This document shows positions 1 to 12,037 of a DNA stretch of 51,971 nt, one piece after another (the first letter of the stretch is position 1; every line of letters begins with the position of its first letter). This DNA comes from Chiloscyllium plagiosum (Eukaryota): assembly GCF_004010195.1 (NCBI RefSeq), contig NC_057760.1, positions 2,270,343-2,322,313 of the forward strand, given 5' to 3'. The translations under genes were made by a program, and so were the position numbers. The notes beneath the pieces are model-generated. The model saw nothing but the letters and a program-made list of their open reading frames with translations. It searched no databases and had not been told where the DNA came from.

Positions 1-299
1 TGATACCACCTGCAGGGAAAGGGAAACACTCGTTCAAGCTATGTGAAGTCTCAAGGCTCATAGCAGTGGAGAAAATACATAGTATATCAAGAAGTGATGA
101 CTAGTTTACACTACTCTGGGGCCTTAAAGCTATGTTAATTGGAGGCAGAACCAAGGAAAGGAAAGGGATTGCACAGTTTGAAGTCAGAAAAGGAATGAGT
201 TACAGTTGGGTATGGCACAACAATTTTATATTTCAGCACAGCGAGGATGAAGGAAAAAGGAAGAAAAATGTGTAGAATGAGTGCAGTTGTGGTCACTTA

Positions 300-518
<219 letters not shown>

Positions 519-624
519 TTATTTCCATATCTGCTTTAGTATACAAATGTGTCTTTGCAGAACAGTAGACCACATCCTTTTAGTTTTAGTTCATTTTTCA
601 TATGCTGATATCCTGATCTGAGAG

Positions 625-841
625 GTGAAAGTGAGTACTGCAGATGCTGGAGATTAGAGCGGTGCAGGAAAAGCACAGCAGGTCAGGCAGCATCCAAGGA
701 GCAGGAAAATCGACGTTTCAGGCAAACACCCTTCATCATGAATAAGGGCTGATGATGGGCTTATGCTTGAAATGTCGAATTTCCTGCTCCTTGGATGCTG
801 CCTGACCTGCTGTGCTTTTCCAGCACCGCTCTAATCTTGGG
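625..841. mobile_element. Palindromic mini Penelope-derived element (family A) with two inverted hammerhead-like cores
   Basis: Inverted arms at ~651-739 and ~750-837. 14-bp TSD TCCTGATCTGAGAG at 611-624 and 842-855. Confidence 0.8.
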
Positions 842-1187
842 TCCTGATCTGAGAGCCCTCTCGTGCTTCACCTGATTCTTTCAAATGTGAATTTTTACAG
901 GTTACTTGACCTAGAGTCATGTTGCTAGATTTGATGCTCCCCTGCCAATTGAAGACAGGTTTGAAGGCAGGAGGCATATATCAAACCTAATAGATAATCT
1001 CCTTCCTGTCACCTATCCCGATCTGTCTGAAATTATGCAGCAGGTGGGAGAGATGGTGGGTAGCCCTTGGGTCTACTGAGTCCCTTAAGTGGACACTTGT
1101 ACCCACGGCTAGAGAAACCCATTCCCTGAAGGAAGTACAACAGTTTGAGCTGTTTCGACTGGTGCCAGGCAATACTGGCGGAAGACT

Positions 1188-1650
1188 AAATATAAACAGA
1201 AAGAACTGTGGATGCTGTAAATCAGAAACAAACCAGAAATTGCTGGAAAGGCTCAGCAGGCCTGGCAGTATCTATAAAGAGAAATCAGAGTTAACATTTC
1301 AGGTCCAGTGACCCTTCCTCAGAACTGATGGTAGCTAGGAAAATGTCAGTCTGTATGCAGAAGATAGGATAGGTGGGGATAGAGCCCAAAGAGAGAGAAA
1401 ATCAGTTGGATAATGATCTGGCTGGGGGAGTGAATAGCTATTAATGGAGATATTAATGGCTAACAATAGGCAGTGTGTACTGGCAGACTGTGTGATAACA
1501 AGGCCTGGTGTGTGGGGTTGGGGGCTAGGACATGGGAGAATTCAGGCCCTAAAATTATTGAACTCGATATTGAGTCCAGAGGGTTGCAGGCTGCCCAAGC
1601 GGAGAATGAGATGTTGTTCTTCCAGCCTTCGCTGAGCTTTGCTGGAACGT
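1188..1650 (-). mobile_element. Penelope-like element 3' fragment (family B)
   Basis: Minus strand 1540-1640 reads RRLEEQHLILRLGSLQPSGLNIEFNNFRA*, a PLE endonuclease C-terminus. Hammerhead-like core CTGAGGA-AGGGTC-ACTG-GACCT-GAAA at 1297-1322. Confidence 0.75.
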
Positions 1651-2369
1651 TGTGTTGGAAACACATTTACTTTCCACAAGTGCCCATTCAATTATTGATT
1701 TTCACAATCCCTGTAAAGTGGAAATGTCCAAGTCACTATCATTTCCTGCATAAAAAACATTCTTGCTCACAATCCTCCAGCAGCTTGTCTAAAACTTAAA
1801 CCCATGGTGCCCAGTGCTTGTATGAACAGCAAATGGAAATAGATGTTCCTGGTTACCTTATGAAACCTGTCATTGTCCTGTAGACCTCCATCAAGTCAAA
1901 TCTCTTCTCAATCTCTTTTGGTCTGAACAGAACAATCTCACTTTCTCTATTCCCACCTTGTTCTGTTTGGACTTGATAGGCCAAATAGCCTTCTTTTGTG
2001 CCATAATAGTTGTTTGGGCTGGACTTGCCAAGTTGCCTGTTGTCCCCCACCATCTAAAAGATCAAGGGAATCTATTCAAATTCCTGCCAACTGCCTTGCG
2101 GCACTTTTATAACCATATTGATAAATCTTCTCTGTACCCTCACAGCCTTTCCCAGAATGGGCTGACTGCACCTTTTCCAATTTCTTTTTGAAAGTATTGA
2201 TTACAATTCTGCTTACATCATCCCTGTGGGCAGCAATTTGCCTGAATCAAAATCTGGTGAGGAAACACCAGCCCTTCCCATATACATGCTTACGTTTGGA
2301 TATGACTGAGAGCTACATTAGCTGATCCTTTTGTTCTTCTGAACCTCTTGCACAAACAGAGCTGTTCTA

Positions 2370-2699
<330 letters not shown>

Positions 2700-2872
2700 T
2701 CAAGGATCAGATAAATTATTGCCAGTCTGGAAACTAATTGAACAACGCGTGTTCAATTAATGTCGGTTTCAAGGACCGTGAAAGGAAGAAAAAAAATAAA
2801 ATGTTGCAAGAAACCTGTCACAAGCAATCTAAAACACTCAACACAATCAACATGAAAAGCAATTTTGTACTC

Positions 2873-3227
2873 AGTTAAAAATCACACAACACCAGGTTAT
2901 AGTCCAACAGAGGTAAAAACAATGGCTGCAGATGCTGGAAACCAGATTCTGGATCAGTGGTGCTGGAAGAGCACAGCAATTCAGGCAGCATCCGACGAGC
3001 AGCAAAATCGACGTTTCAGGCAAAAGCCCTTCATCAGGACTGATCCAGAATATATTCCAACAGGTCTAATTGGAAGCACTAGCTTTCAGAGCGCTGCTCC
3101 TACAACAATCTGATGAAAGAGCAGTGCTCCAAAAGCTAGTGCTTCCAATTAAACCTGTTGGACTATAGCCTGGTGTTGTGTGATTTTTAACTTTGTACAT
3201 CCCAGTCCAACACCAGCATCTCCAAAT
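2873..3227. mobile_element. Palindromic mini-PLE (family C) with a nested family A insertion at 2911-3051
   Basis: Inverted arms AAAATCACACAACACCAGG...CCTGGTGTTGTGTGATTTT. Outer TSD CAATTTTGTA(C/T)TC at 2860-2872 and 3228-3240. Inner TSD TATA(G/T)TCCAACAG at 2898-2910 and 3051-3063. Confidence 0.8.
3008..3038 (-). ncRNA. Minimal hammerhead ribozyme core
   Basis: Minus strand CCTGATGA-A-GGGC-TTTT-GCCT-GAAA-C-GTC-GA. Confidence 0.65.
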
Positions 3228-3595
3228 CAATTTTGTATTCTGCTTTGAATAGCACTCCCATTCCTCAGATGGTTATCAGAACCCTCAGCCCAGGTGGAAA
3301 GTACAGGTTTGCCATTTCAAGTGTGAACCTGCTTGGTTGTAATACCTGACCTAAATAGTTATTAGCACTACTACTAATTAGTTGCCACATAGGTGAAGGA
3401 AAGGGAGGGTGGTACAGTCAGTCCAACAAGTAGACATTGCCTTCAAGAAGAAAGACAATAAAGGGCATACGTTAATTCTGCTGACATCAAGATACAAGGG
3501 AGAGAGCAGGAAAATGACATTAAGCTTGTGTTATATGATCAGCCATGATGTACAATGATGGAGGAGGCTCAAAGAGCTGAATCATCTACTAGGTG

Positions 3596-6500
3596 AGGTC
3601 AGCAGAGATGCCAGTGGCCAGTGCAAGGACACCAGCGACCGGCAGCTGGAGTGGGAACACTGGCAACCAGCAGCCTGGAGCAGGGACACCGGTGACCAGT
3701 GGCTGGAGTGGGGATGCCGGCGACCAGCAGCCTGGAGCAGGGACACCGGTGACCAGTGGCTGTGAGCAGGGACTTAAGAGACCAGTGGCTGGAGTGGGGA
3801 CACTGGTGAACAGTGTCTCAGAGTGCAGACACCAACAACCAGTGGCCTAATGCGGGGAAACCAGTGACCAGTGGCCCGGAACAGGGACGCTGGTGTCCAG
3901 CGGCCTGAAGCAGGGACGTCAGAGACCAGCGGCCCAGTGCGGGGACACCGGGAATCAGTGCCATGGAGCAGGGATATCAGTGACCAGCGGCACAGAGCAG
4001 GGACACCGGTTACCAGCAGCCTGGTGTGGGGGTAACCTGCAACCAGTGTCTTAGAGCAGGATATCGGTGACCAGCAGCCCAGAGCTGGGATACCGGTGAC
4101 CAGTGGCCCAGAGCAGGGACGCCAGTGACCAGCGGCACAGAGCAGGGACACCAGTGACCAGCGGCCCTGAGCAGGGACACCAGTGACCAGCGGCACAGAG
4201 CTGGGACACCGGTGACCAGCGGCACAGAGCTGGGACACTGGTGACCAGCGGCCCAGAGCTGGGACACCGGTGACCAGCAGCACAGAGCAGGGACACTGGC
4301 AGCCAGCGGCCCAGACCATGGACAATGGTGACCAGCGGCCCAGAGCTGGGACACTGGTGACCAGCGGACAGAGCAGGGACACCAGCAACCAGTGGCTGGA
4401 GTGGGGTCACCAGCGACCAGTGGCGGGAGTGGGGACACCAGTGACCAGTGCCTCGGAGTGGGGACACCAGTGACCAGTGCCTTGGAGTGGGGACACCAGT
4501 GACCAGCAGCTGGAGTGGGGACACCGGTAACCAGTGCTTTGGAGTGGGGACACCAGTGACCAGTGCCTTGGAGTGGGGACACCAGTGACCAGCGGCTGGA
4601 GTGGGGACACCGGTGACCAGTGCCTCGGAGTGGGGACACCGGTGACCAGTGTCTCGGAGTGGGGACACCGGTGACCAGTGTCTCGGAGTGGGGACACCGG
4701 TGACCAGTGTCTCGGAGTGGGGACATCGGTGACCAGTGTCTCGGAGTGGGGACACCGGTGACCAGTGTCTCGGAGTGGGGACACCGGTGCCTCGGAGTGG
4801 GGACACCAGTGCCTCGGAGTGGGGACACCGGTGACCAGTGTCTCGGAATGGGGACACCGGTAACCAGTATCTCGGAGTGGGGACACCGGTGACCAGTGTC
4901 TCGGAGTGGGGACACCGGTGACCAGTGCCTCGGAATGGGGACACCGGTGACCAGCGGCTGGAGTGGGGACACCGGTGACCAGCCGCTGGAGTGGGGACAC
5001 CGGTGACCAGTACCTCAGAGTGGGGACACCGGTGACCAGCGGCTGGAGTGGGGACACCGGTGACCACCGGCTGGAGTGGGGACACCGGTGACCAGCGGCT
5101 GGAGTGGGGACACCAGTGACCAGGAACTGGAGTGGGGACACCAGTGACCAGTGCCTCAGAGTAGGGACACCAGTGACCAGCGGCTGGAGTGGAGACACTA
5201 GGGACCAGTGCCTCGGAATGGGGACACCAGTGACCAGCGGCTGGAGTGGGGACACCAGTGACCAGGAACTGGAGTGGGGACACCAGTGACCAATGCCTCA
5301 GAGTGGGGACACCAGTGACCAGCGGCTGGAGTGGGGACACCAGTGACCATATCCTCAGAGTGGGGACACCTGTGACCAGTGGCTGGAGTGGGGACACCAG
5401 TGACCAGTGCCTCAGAGTGGGGACACCAGTGACCAGTGCCTCAGAGTGGGGACACCAGTGACCAGCGGCTGGAGTGGGGACACCAGTGACCAGCAGCCCA
5501 GAGCAGGGACAATGGTGACCAACGCCCAGAGCAGGGACAATGATGACCAGCGGCCCAGTGCAGAATGTGTTAGCGGCCAGTGGTCAGACCACATGGAAGC
5601 CCACTGCATCAGGCTACTATGGCTAGCCCTTGGAGAGAGACTGTGATGTTTGTCTTTGTAATTTTGTTTCTTGTTCTTCTTTCCTATGGTTATACTGTGT
5701 ATAGCTGTAATGTAACTGTCCTATGGTTATACTGTGTATAGCTGTAATGTAACTGTGCTCTTCCAGCACCACTGATCCAGAATATAGTCCAACAGGTCAG
5801 CAGAGATGCCAGTGGCCAGTGCAAGGACACCAGCAACCGGCAGCTGGAGTGGGAACACTGGCAACCAGCAGCCTGGAGCAGGGACACCGGTGACCAGTGG
5901 CTGGAGTGGGGATGCTGGCGACCAGCAGCCTGGAGCAGGGACACCGGTGACCAGTGGCTGGAGTGGGGATGCCGGCGACCAGCAGCCTGGAGCAGAGGCA
6001 CCAGTGACCGGTTGCCCTGAGCAGGGACTTAAGAGACCAGTGGCTGGAGTGGGGACACTGGTGAACAGTGTCTCAGAGTGCAGACACCAACAACCAGTGG
6101 CCTAATGCGGGGAAACCAGTGACCAGTGGCCCGGAACAGGGACGCTGGTGTCCAGCGGCCTGAAGCAGGGACGTCAGAGACCAGCGGCCCAGTGCGGGGA
6201 CACCGGGAATCAGTGCCATGGAGCAGGGAACGCAGTGACCAGTTGCACTGAGCAGGGACACATGTGACCAGTGGCCCAGAGCAGGGATATCAGTGACCAG
6301 CGGTCCAGAGCAGAGACACCGGTTACCAGCAGCCTGGTGTGGGGGTAACCAGCGACCAGTGTCTTAGAGCAGGATACCGGTGACCAGCAGCCCAGAGCTG
6401 GGATACCGGTGACCAGCGGCCCAGAGCTGGGACAATGGTGACCAGCGGCCCAGAGCAGGGACACTGGTGACCAGCAGCCCAGAGCTGGGACACCGGTGAC

Positions 6501-7976
6501 CAGCGGCAAAGAGCAGGGACACCGGTGACCAGCGGCCCAGAGCTGGGACACTGGTGACCAGCGGCACAGAGCAGGGACACTGGTGACCAGCGGCACAGAG
6601 CAGGGACACTGGTGACCAGCGGCCCAGAGCTGGGATACCGGTGACCAGCGGCACAGAGCAGGGACACTGGTGACCAGCGGCCCAGAGCAGGGACACTGGT
6701 GACCAGCGGCCCAGAGCTCGGACACCGGTGACCAGCGGCCCAGAGCTGGGACACTGGCAGCCAGCGGCCCAGAGCAGAGACACCAGCGACCAGTGGCTGG
6801 AGTGGTGACACCGGTGACCAGTGCCTCGGAATGGAGACACCGGTGACCAGTGCCTCGGAATGGAGACACCGGTGACCAGTGTCTCGGAGTGGGGACACCA
6901 GTGACCAGTGCCTTGGAGTGGGGACACCAGTGACCAGTGCCTCGGAGTGGGGACACCAGTGACCAGTGCCTCGGAGTGGGGACACCAGTGACCAGCGGCT
7001 AGAGTGGGGACACCAGTGACCAGTGCCTCGGAGTGGGGACACCGGTGCCCAGCAGCTGGAGTGGGGACACCACTGACCAGCGGCTGGAGTGGGGTCACCA
7101 GTGACCAGTGCCTCAGAGTGGGGACACCAGTGACCAGTGCCTCAGAGTGGTGACACCAGTGACCAGCGGCTGGAGTGGGGACATCAGTGACCAGTGCCTC
7201 GGAGTGGTGACACCAGTGACCAGTGCCTCGTAATGGGGACACCAGTGACCAGCGGCTGGAGTGGGGACACCAGTGACCAATGCCTCAGAGTGGGGACACC
7301 AGTGACCAGCGGCTGGAGTGGGGACACCAGTGACCAGTACCTCGGAGTGGGGACACCAGTGACCAGCGGCTGGAATGGGGACACTAGTGACCAGTGCCTT
7401 GGAGTGGTGACACCAGTGACCAGCGGCTGGAGTGGGGACACCAGTGACCAGCGGCTGGAGTGGGGACACCAGTGACCAGTGCCTCGGAATGGGGACACTA
7501 GTGACCAGTGCCTCGGAATGGGGACACCAGTGACCAGAGGCTGGAGTGGGGACACCAGTGACCAGCGGCTGGAGTGACACCAGTGACCAGTGCCTCAGAG
7601 TGGGGACACCAGTGACCAGCGGCTGGAGTGTGGACACAAGTGACCAGTGCCTCGGAATGGAGACATCAGTGACCAGCGGCTGGAGTGGGGACACTAGTGA
7701 CCAGTGCCTCGGAATGGAGACACCAGTGACCAGCGGCTGGAGTGGGGACACCAGTGCCCAGTGCCTCAGAGTGGGGACACCAGTGACCAGCGGCTGGAGT
7801 GGGGACACCAGTGACCAGTGCCTCAGAGTGGGGACACCAGTGACCAGCAGCCCAGAGCAGGGACACCAGTGACCAGTGCCTCAGAGTGGGGACACTAGTG
7901 ACCAGCGGCTGGAGTGGGGACACCAGTGACCAGTGCCTCAGAGTGGGGACACCAGTGACCAGCGGCTGGAGTGGGA
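3596..7976 (+). repeat. GC-rich 28-29-bp minisatellite in two higher-order copies (from 3596 and from 5794)
   Basis: Units GGGGACACCAGTGACCAGTGCCTCGGAGT, GGGGACACCAGTGACCAGCGGCTGGAGT and GGGACACCGGTGACCAGCGGCCCAGAGCT. Both copies begin AGGTCAGCAGAGATGCCAGTGGCC. Confidence 0.95.
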
Positions 7977-8017
7977 CTGTGATGTTTGTCTTTGTAATTT
8001 TATTTCTTGTTCTTCTA

Positions 8018-8273
8018 TCCTATGGTTATACTGTGTATAGCCGTAATGTAACTGTCCTATGGTTATACTGTGTATAGCTGTAATGTAACTGTCCTATGGT
8101 TATACTGTGTATAGCCATAATGTAACTGTCCTATGGTTATACTATGTTTAGCTGTGATGTAACTGTCCTATGGTTATACTGTGTTTAGCCGTGATGTAAC
8201 TGTCCTATGGTTATACTGTGTATAGCTGTAGTGTAACTGTCCTATGGTTATTCTGTGTATAGCTGTAATGTAA
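8018..8273 (+). repeat. 37-bp tandem repeat, ~7 units (2 more units at 5682-5756)
   Basis: TCCTATGGTTATACTGTGTATAGCTGTAATGTAACTG with starts at 8018, 8055, 8092, 8129, 8166, 8203 and 8240. Confidence 0.95.
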
Positions 8274-8566
8274 TTTCTCTATGCTGTAACGAAGGACTAT
8301 ACCTAGGTACCTTTGTATGTAAGAAGGCACTGTAACTGGTGACTTATAAACAGTGACAATAAAGCTAATTCAATTCAAGAGACACAGGTATGGTGCAGGA
8401 AAATGACATTAAGCTTGTGTAATGTGACCAGTAACGATCTACAAACATCTAATGGCTTACTCTTGTTTCTAGGTTCTTATCTGCTCTACACACCAAGAAG
8501 CTGAATTCCTGATTTCAAGAAAAAGGCTTTCCATAGCCAGAATAAAATAATAGGTTTATTTTGCTA

Positions 8567-8697
8567 TGATTTGGAGGTGCCGGTATTGGACTGGGATGTA
8601 GAAAGTTATAAATCACACAACACCAGGTTATAGTCCAATAGATTTATTTGGAAGCACTAGCTGGTGGACTATAAACTGATGTTGTGTGATTTTTAAC
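8567..8697. mobile_element. Centre-deleted family C palindromic mini element
   Basis: Same arms as 2873-3227. 12-bp TSD TTTATTTTGCTA at 8555-8566 and 8698-8709. Confidence 0.7.
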
Positions 8698-8773
8698 TTT
8701 ATTTTGCTAAGCAGTGCAAGAACCTACCAAAACCCAATTCAGTTATGTTTGCAATCTGTTACACCAATGGTTT

Positions 8774-9978
8774 TTAGGCGAAAGTGAGGACTGCAGATTA
8801 GAATCAAGATTAGAGTGGTGCTGGAAATGCACAGCAGGTCAGGCAGCATCCGAGGAGCATGAAAATCGACGTTTTGGGCAGGAGCCCTTCATCAAAGTCT
8901 TAGAGAGAATTGTAAGGGATAGGATTTATGAACATCTGGATAGGAATAATGTGATCAAGGATAGTCAGCATGGTTTTGTGACTAAGGAGGTAGACGAGGG
9001 TAAAGCGGTAGATGTGGTGTATATGGATTTTAGTAAGGCGTTTGATAAGGTTCCCCATGGTAGGCTACTGCAAAAAATACGGAGGTCTGCCATTGAGGGT
9101 GAGTTGGGCGTTTGGATTAGGAATTGGCTGGCTGGAAGAAGACAGAGGGTAGGAGTTGATGGTAAAGGTTCATCTTGGAGTGCAGTTACTAGCGGTGTTC
9201 CACAAGGATCTGTTTTGGGACCATTGCTGTTTGTCATTTTTATAAATGACCTGGAGGAGGGGCTAGAAGGTTGGGTGAGCAAGTTTGCGGAAGATACGAA
9301 AGTCGGAGGAGCTGTTCACAGTGAGGAAGGATGTGGCAGGTTACAGCAGGATATAGAGAAGCTGCAGAGCTGGGCAGAAAGGTGGCAAATGGAATTCAAT
9401 GTAGCTAAGTGTGAGGTGATTCACTTTGGGAAGAATAACAAAAAGATGGGGTACTGGGCTAATGGTCGGATACTTGGTAGTGTGGATGAGCAGAGGGATC
9501 TTGGTGTCCATGTACACAGATCTCTGAAAGTTGCCACCCAGGTAAATAGTGCGGTGAGGAAGGCATATGGCGTACTGGCTTTTATTGGTAGAGGAATTGA
9601 GTTCCGGAGTCCTGAGGTCATGATGCAGTTGTATAAAACTCTGGTCCGCCCGCATCTGGAATATTGTGTCCAGTTTTGGTCGCCATACTATAGGAAGTTC
9701 ATGGAATGCCCTGCCAGTAGCAGTCGTGGACTCTCCCTCTTTATGGGCATTTAAACGGGCATTAGATAGGCATAAGGAGGATAGTGGGCTAGTGTAGGTT
9801 AGGTGGGCTTGGATCGGCGCAACATCGAGGGCCAAAGGGCCTGTACTGCGCTGTATTTTTCTATGTTCTCTATTCTATCAGGAATGCATGATGAATGGCT
9901 CCTGCCTGAAACGTCAATTTTCCTGCTCTTCGGATGATGCCTGACCTGCTGTGCATTTCCAGCACCACTCTAATGATG
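8774..9978. mobile_element. Family A palindromic mini-PLE split at its centre by a CR1 LINE
   Basis: Left arm 8776-8893, right arm 9877-9973. 10-bp TSD CCAATGGTTT at 8764-8773 and 9979-9988. Confidence 0.78.
8895..9876 (+). mobile_element. CR1-clade LINE ORF2 RT fragment with 3' tail, internally deleted
   Basis: QHGF, VYMDFSKAFDKVPH, GVPQGSVLGPLLF, KFAEDTK, RPHLEYCVQFWSP. TTCTA(TG)-like tail. Confidence 0.92.
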
Positions 9979-11689
9979 CCAATGGTTTCTGCCCGCCCAT
10001 ACTCTGGGGGCCTGCAGTGTCTGCAACCCCAAGCAGCTGTCAGGCAACCTGAAGGAGTTTCAGACAGCAGGTCAGAAGGCAAGGTTATCGCTGGTCCTTT
10101 CCAATATAATTTTACCACACATAAGTAGTGCACAATTTTCAAAAGATGTTGTTTCAGTCAGATCAATGGAGTAGCAACTGAAATCATGTCTCAGGATCTG
10201 TACAAACATCTCACATCTGACACTGCAGCACACAGCAGAAAATAGAAACAGACAGCAAGACCCTCATAGAGTCATAGAGATGTACAGCATGGAAACAGAG
10301 CCTTATCTTGGGTGGAAGCTCTCCACAAGATCTGTTGTGCATCTGAATAACTCTATTTTGCTTTGTCTATTTTTTTCCCTTCCTCTCCCGAAAGTATTGA
10401 CTTCTTTTCAAATATGGCTGTCTGAATACTGAACACCTCTTCTAACCCCTCCCCTGACATGGAGAGGACTGAGGCTCATCACAGCTCAGCCAATCCTCTC
10501 CAATACACACACACACACACACACACAGAGCAAGATCCCAAAAGCAGCAATAAGATGGCTGAATGTTTTTCATGGTCCTGAAATGAGGAATGTTGGCCAC
10601 TGGGTGAAAAGCACCACACTCCCTGCAATTGCTGTCACCAACACCACCACCCCCCCTCCACCCATCCATCCACTCTCTCCACAACCCAACATACTCCTCT
10701 TCCTGAAGAGGCATTTGGCATCTCAGAATATTGTCTCATTAAATGGACACCACCTCTAACAAACAGCAACCACGCTCTGTACAACACTGCAACAGAAGGT
10801 GAGTCCACATAGTCATGTCCAGTAGTGATGTCCAAACTTATACCCTTCTATTCACAGGCAAGCTGAATGAACATAGATTAGTGGAAGATCCATGTGTTTT
10901 TTTAATCTGTATGGAAAGCAGTGTTTGGCAGGAAAATGGTTAATCCTATGTTCTCGGAAACCTGTCTCCTGTCCAGAAGATTTCCAAATGTGGATGTGTT
11001 GTATTGTTTCCAGGGTGCAGTTTCCTCAGCATGTTTCCTCCCTCTCTCTCCCACTTCCTCTCTGGGCTACACATGCCACATTCATACTGAGGAAAGGAAG
11101 TCTTCGCTTGCAGCAGTGGGATTGTTGCTGTTAGCCCGGCGTCGCCCTTGCTCTGGCGACACTGGGCTCACATGCTCAGGAAGTCGTGCTGTGACGAAAT
11201 AATCCTGCAGCCACCAAACAAGCCACAGTGCATCACTGCACAATTATCAACAAGCACTGGTTTAGGACCACAGGCAGGTGGCTGATAGTTGAGGAACAAA
11301 AGTTGCCATCTCTAAGCCCTTTCGAGCAAAAAGGTCATGAGTCCACTTCCTGCTCCATGCTGAGTTATCTGATTCCAGCAGGAAAAACACAAGGAATGCT
11401 ACAATGGAACTCAATGCCTATGGATTACAGAAAGAGAAAGTCACAAAGTGTTCCTGCTCATGATACCCGTCCAATAATGTCTGCTGGCAAGGGGTTGTAT
11501 ATGGATGTCAGGTGAAAACAGAATTGCATGAAACTTGGATTTTTCTTCTCTGCTTCCTCATAACTCAGTTCCAGAGTTGTTGTTAAAAATATCTAAACAA
11601 GATGTGCAGAAGTACATTCAATTTGCAAAGTTCCCTGTTTTCCCTGCTGCCTCTCTTTAGATGTTTCTGGGCTAAGTGCTTTCTGTTTA

Positions 11690-11970
11690 CTGTGGCTCAG
11701 ATGTTAGTATTCTTGCTTCTGAGTCAGAACATTGTCAGTTCAAGCATCACTCCAGAGCCTTGGAAAGAAAGTGTAGGCTGATACCGCAGTACCACATTGC
11801 ACAGCGTAAAGTGCTGTCTTTTAGGAGAGATTTTACATCTTTTCAAAAGAGGTTAAAGAGTCAGTGGTAACTTTGAAGGAGAGCAGGGAAGTTCACTTTG
11901 GTGTCCAGATCAATACTCTCCTCAACCAACATCACCTGTTAATGTTGATTATCTAGTCATTATTGCTGTT
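11690..11970 (+). mobile_element. Old tRNA-headed Deu-domain-type SINE (related fragments ~14070-14215, 22535-22950, 24075-24490)
   Basis: A/B-box-like head. Shared core such as CTTTCGGATGAG...CCCTCTCAG...TATCCCTCA seen across copies, recalled as DeuSINE/SacSINE-like. Confidence 0.55.
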
Positions 11971-12037
11971 TCCGAACAGATAATTCTTCAATGAAATATG
12001 ACATTAGTTTCAGGTTATTTTTTCCTTATCTTTGGCC

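Noticed and set aside
3593..8077. Long ORFs (up to 448 aa) across the GC-rich array
   Set aside because: Open in several frames at once because the repeat lacks stops on the minus strand. Mixed 28/29-bp units shuffle the frames, and the region is intronic.
3596..8273. CRISPR-like 28-29-bp and 37-bp repeats
   Set aside because: Units are contiguous with no unique spacers, there are no cas genes, and the context is eukaryotic.
8714..9754. 346-aa RT ORF as a domesticated gene
   Set aside because: It has a non-ATG start, reads through a PLE arm into an internally deleted CR1, and the catalytic FADD is FAED.
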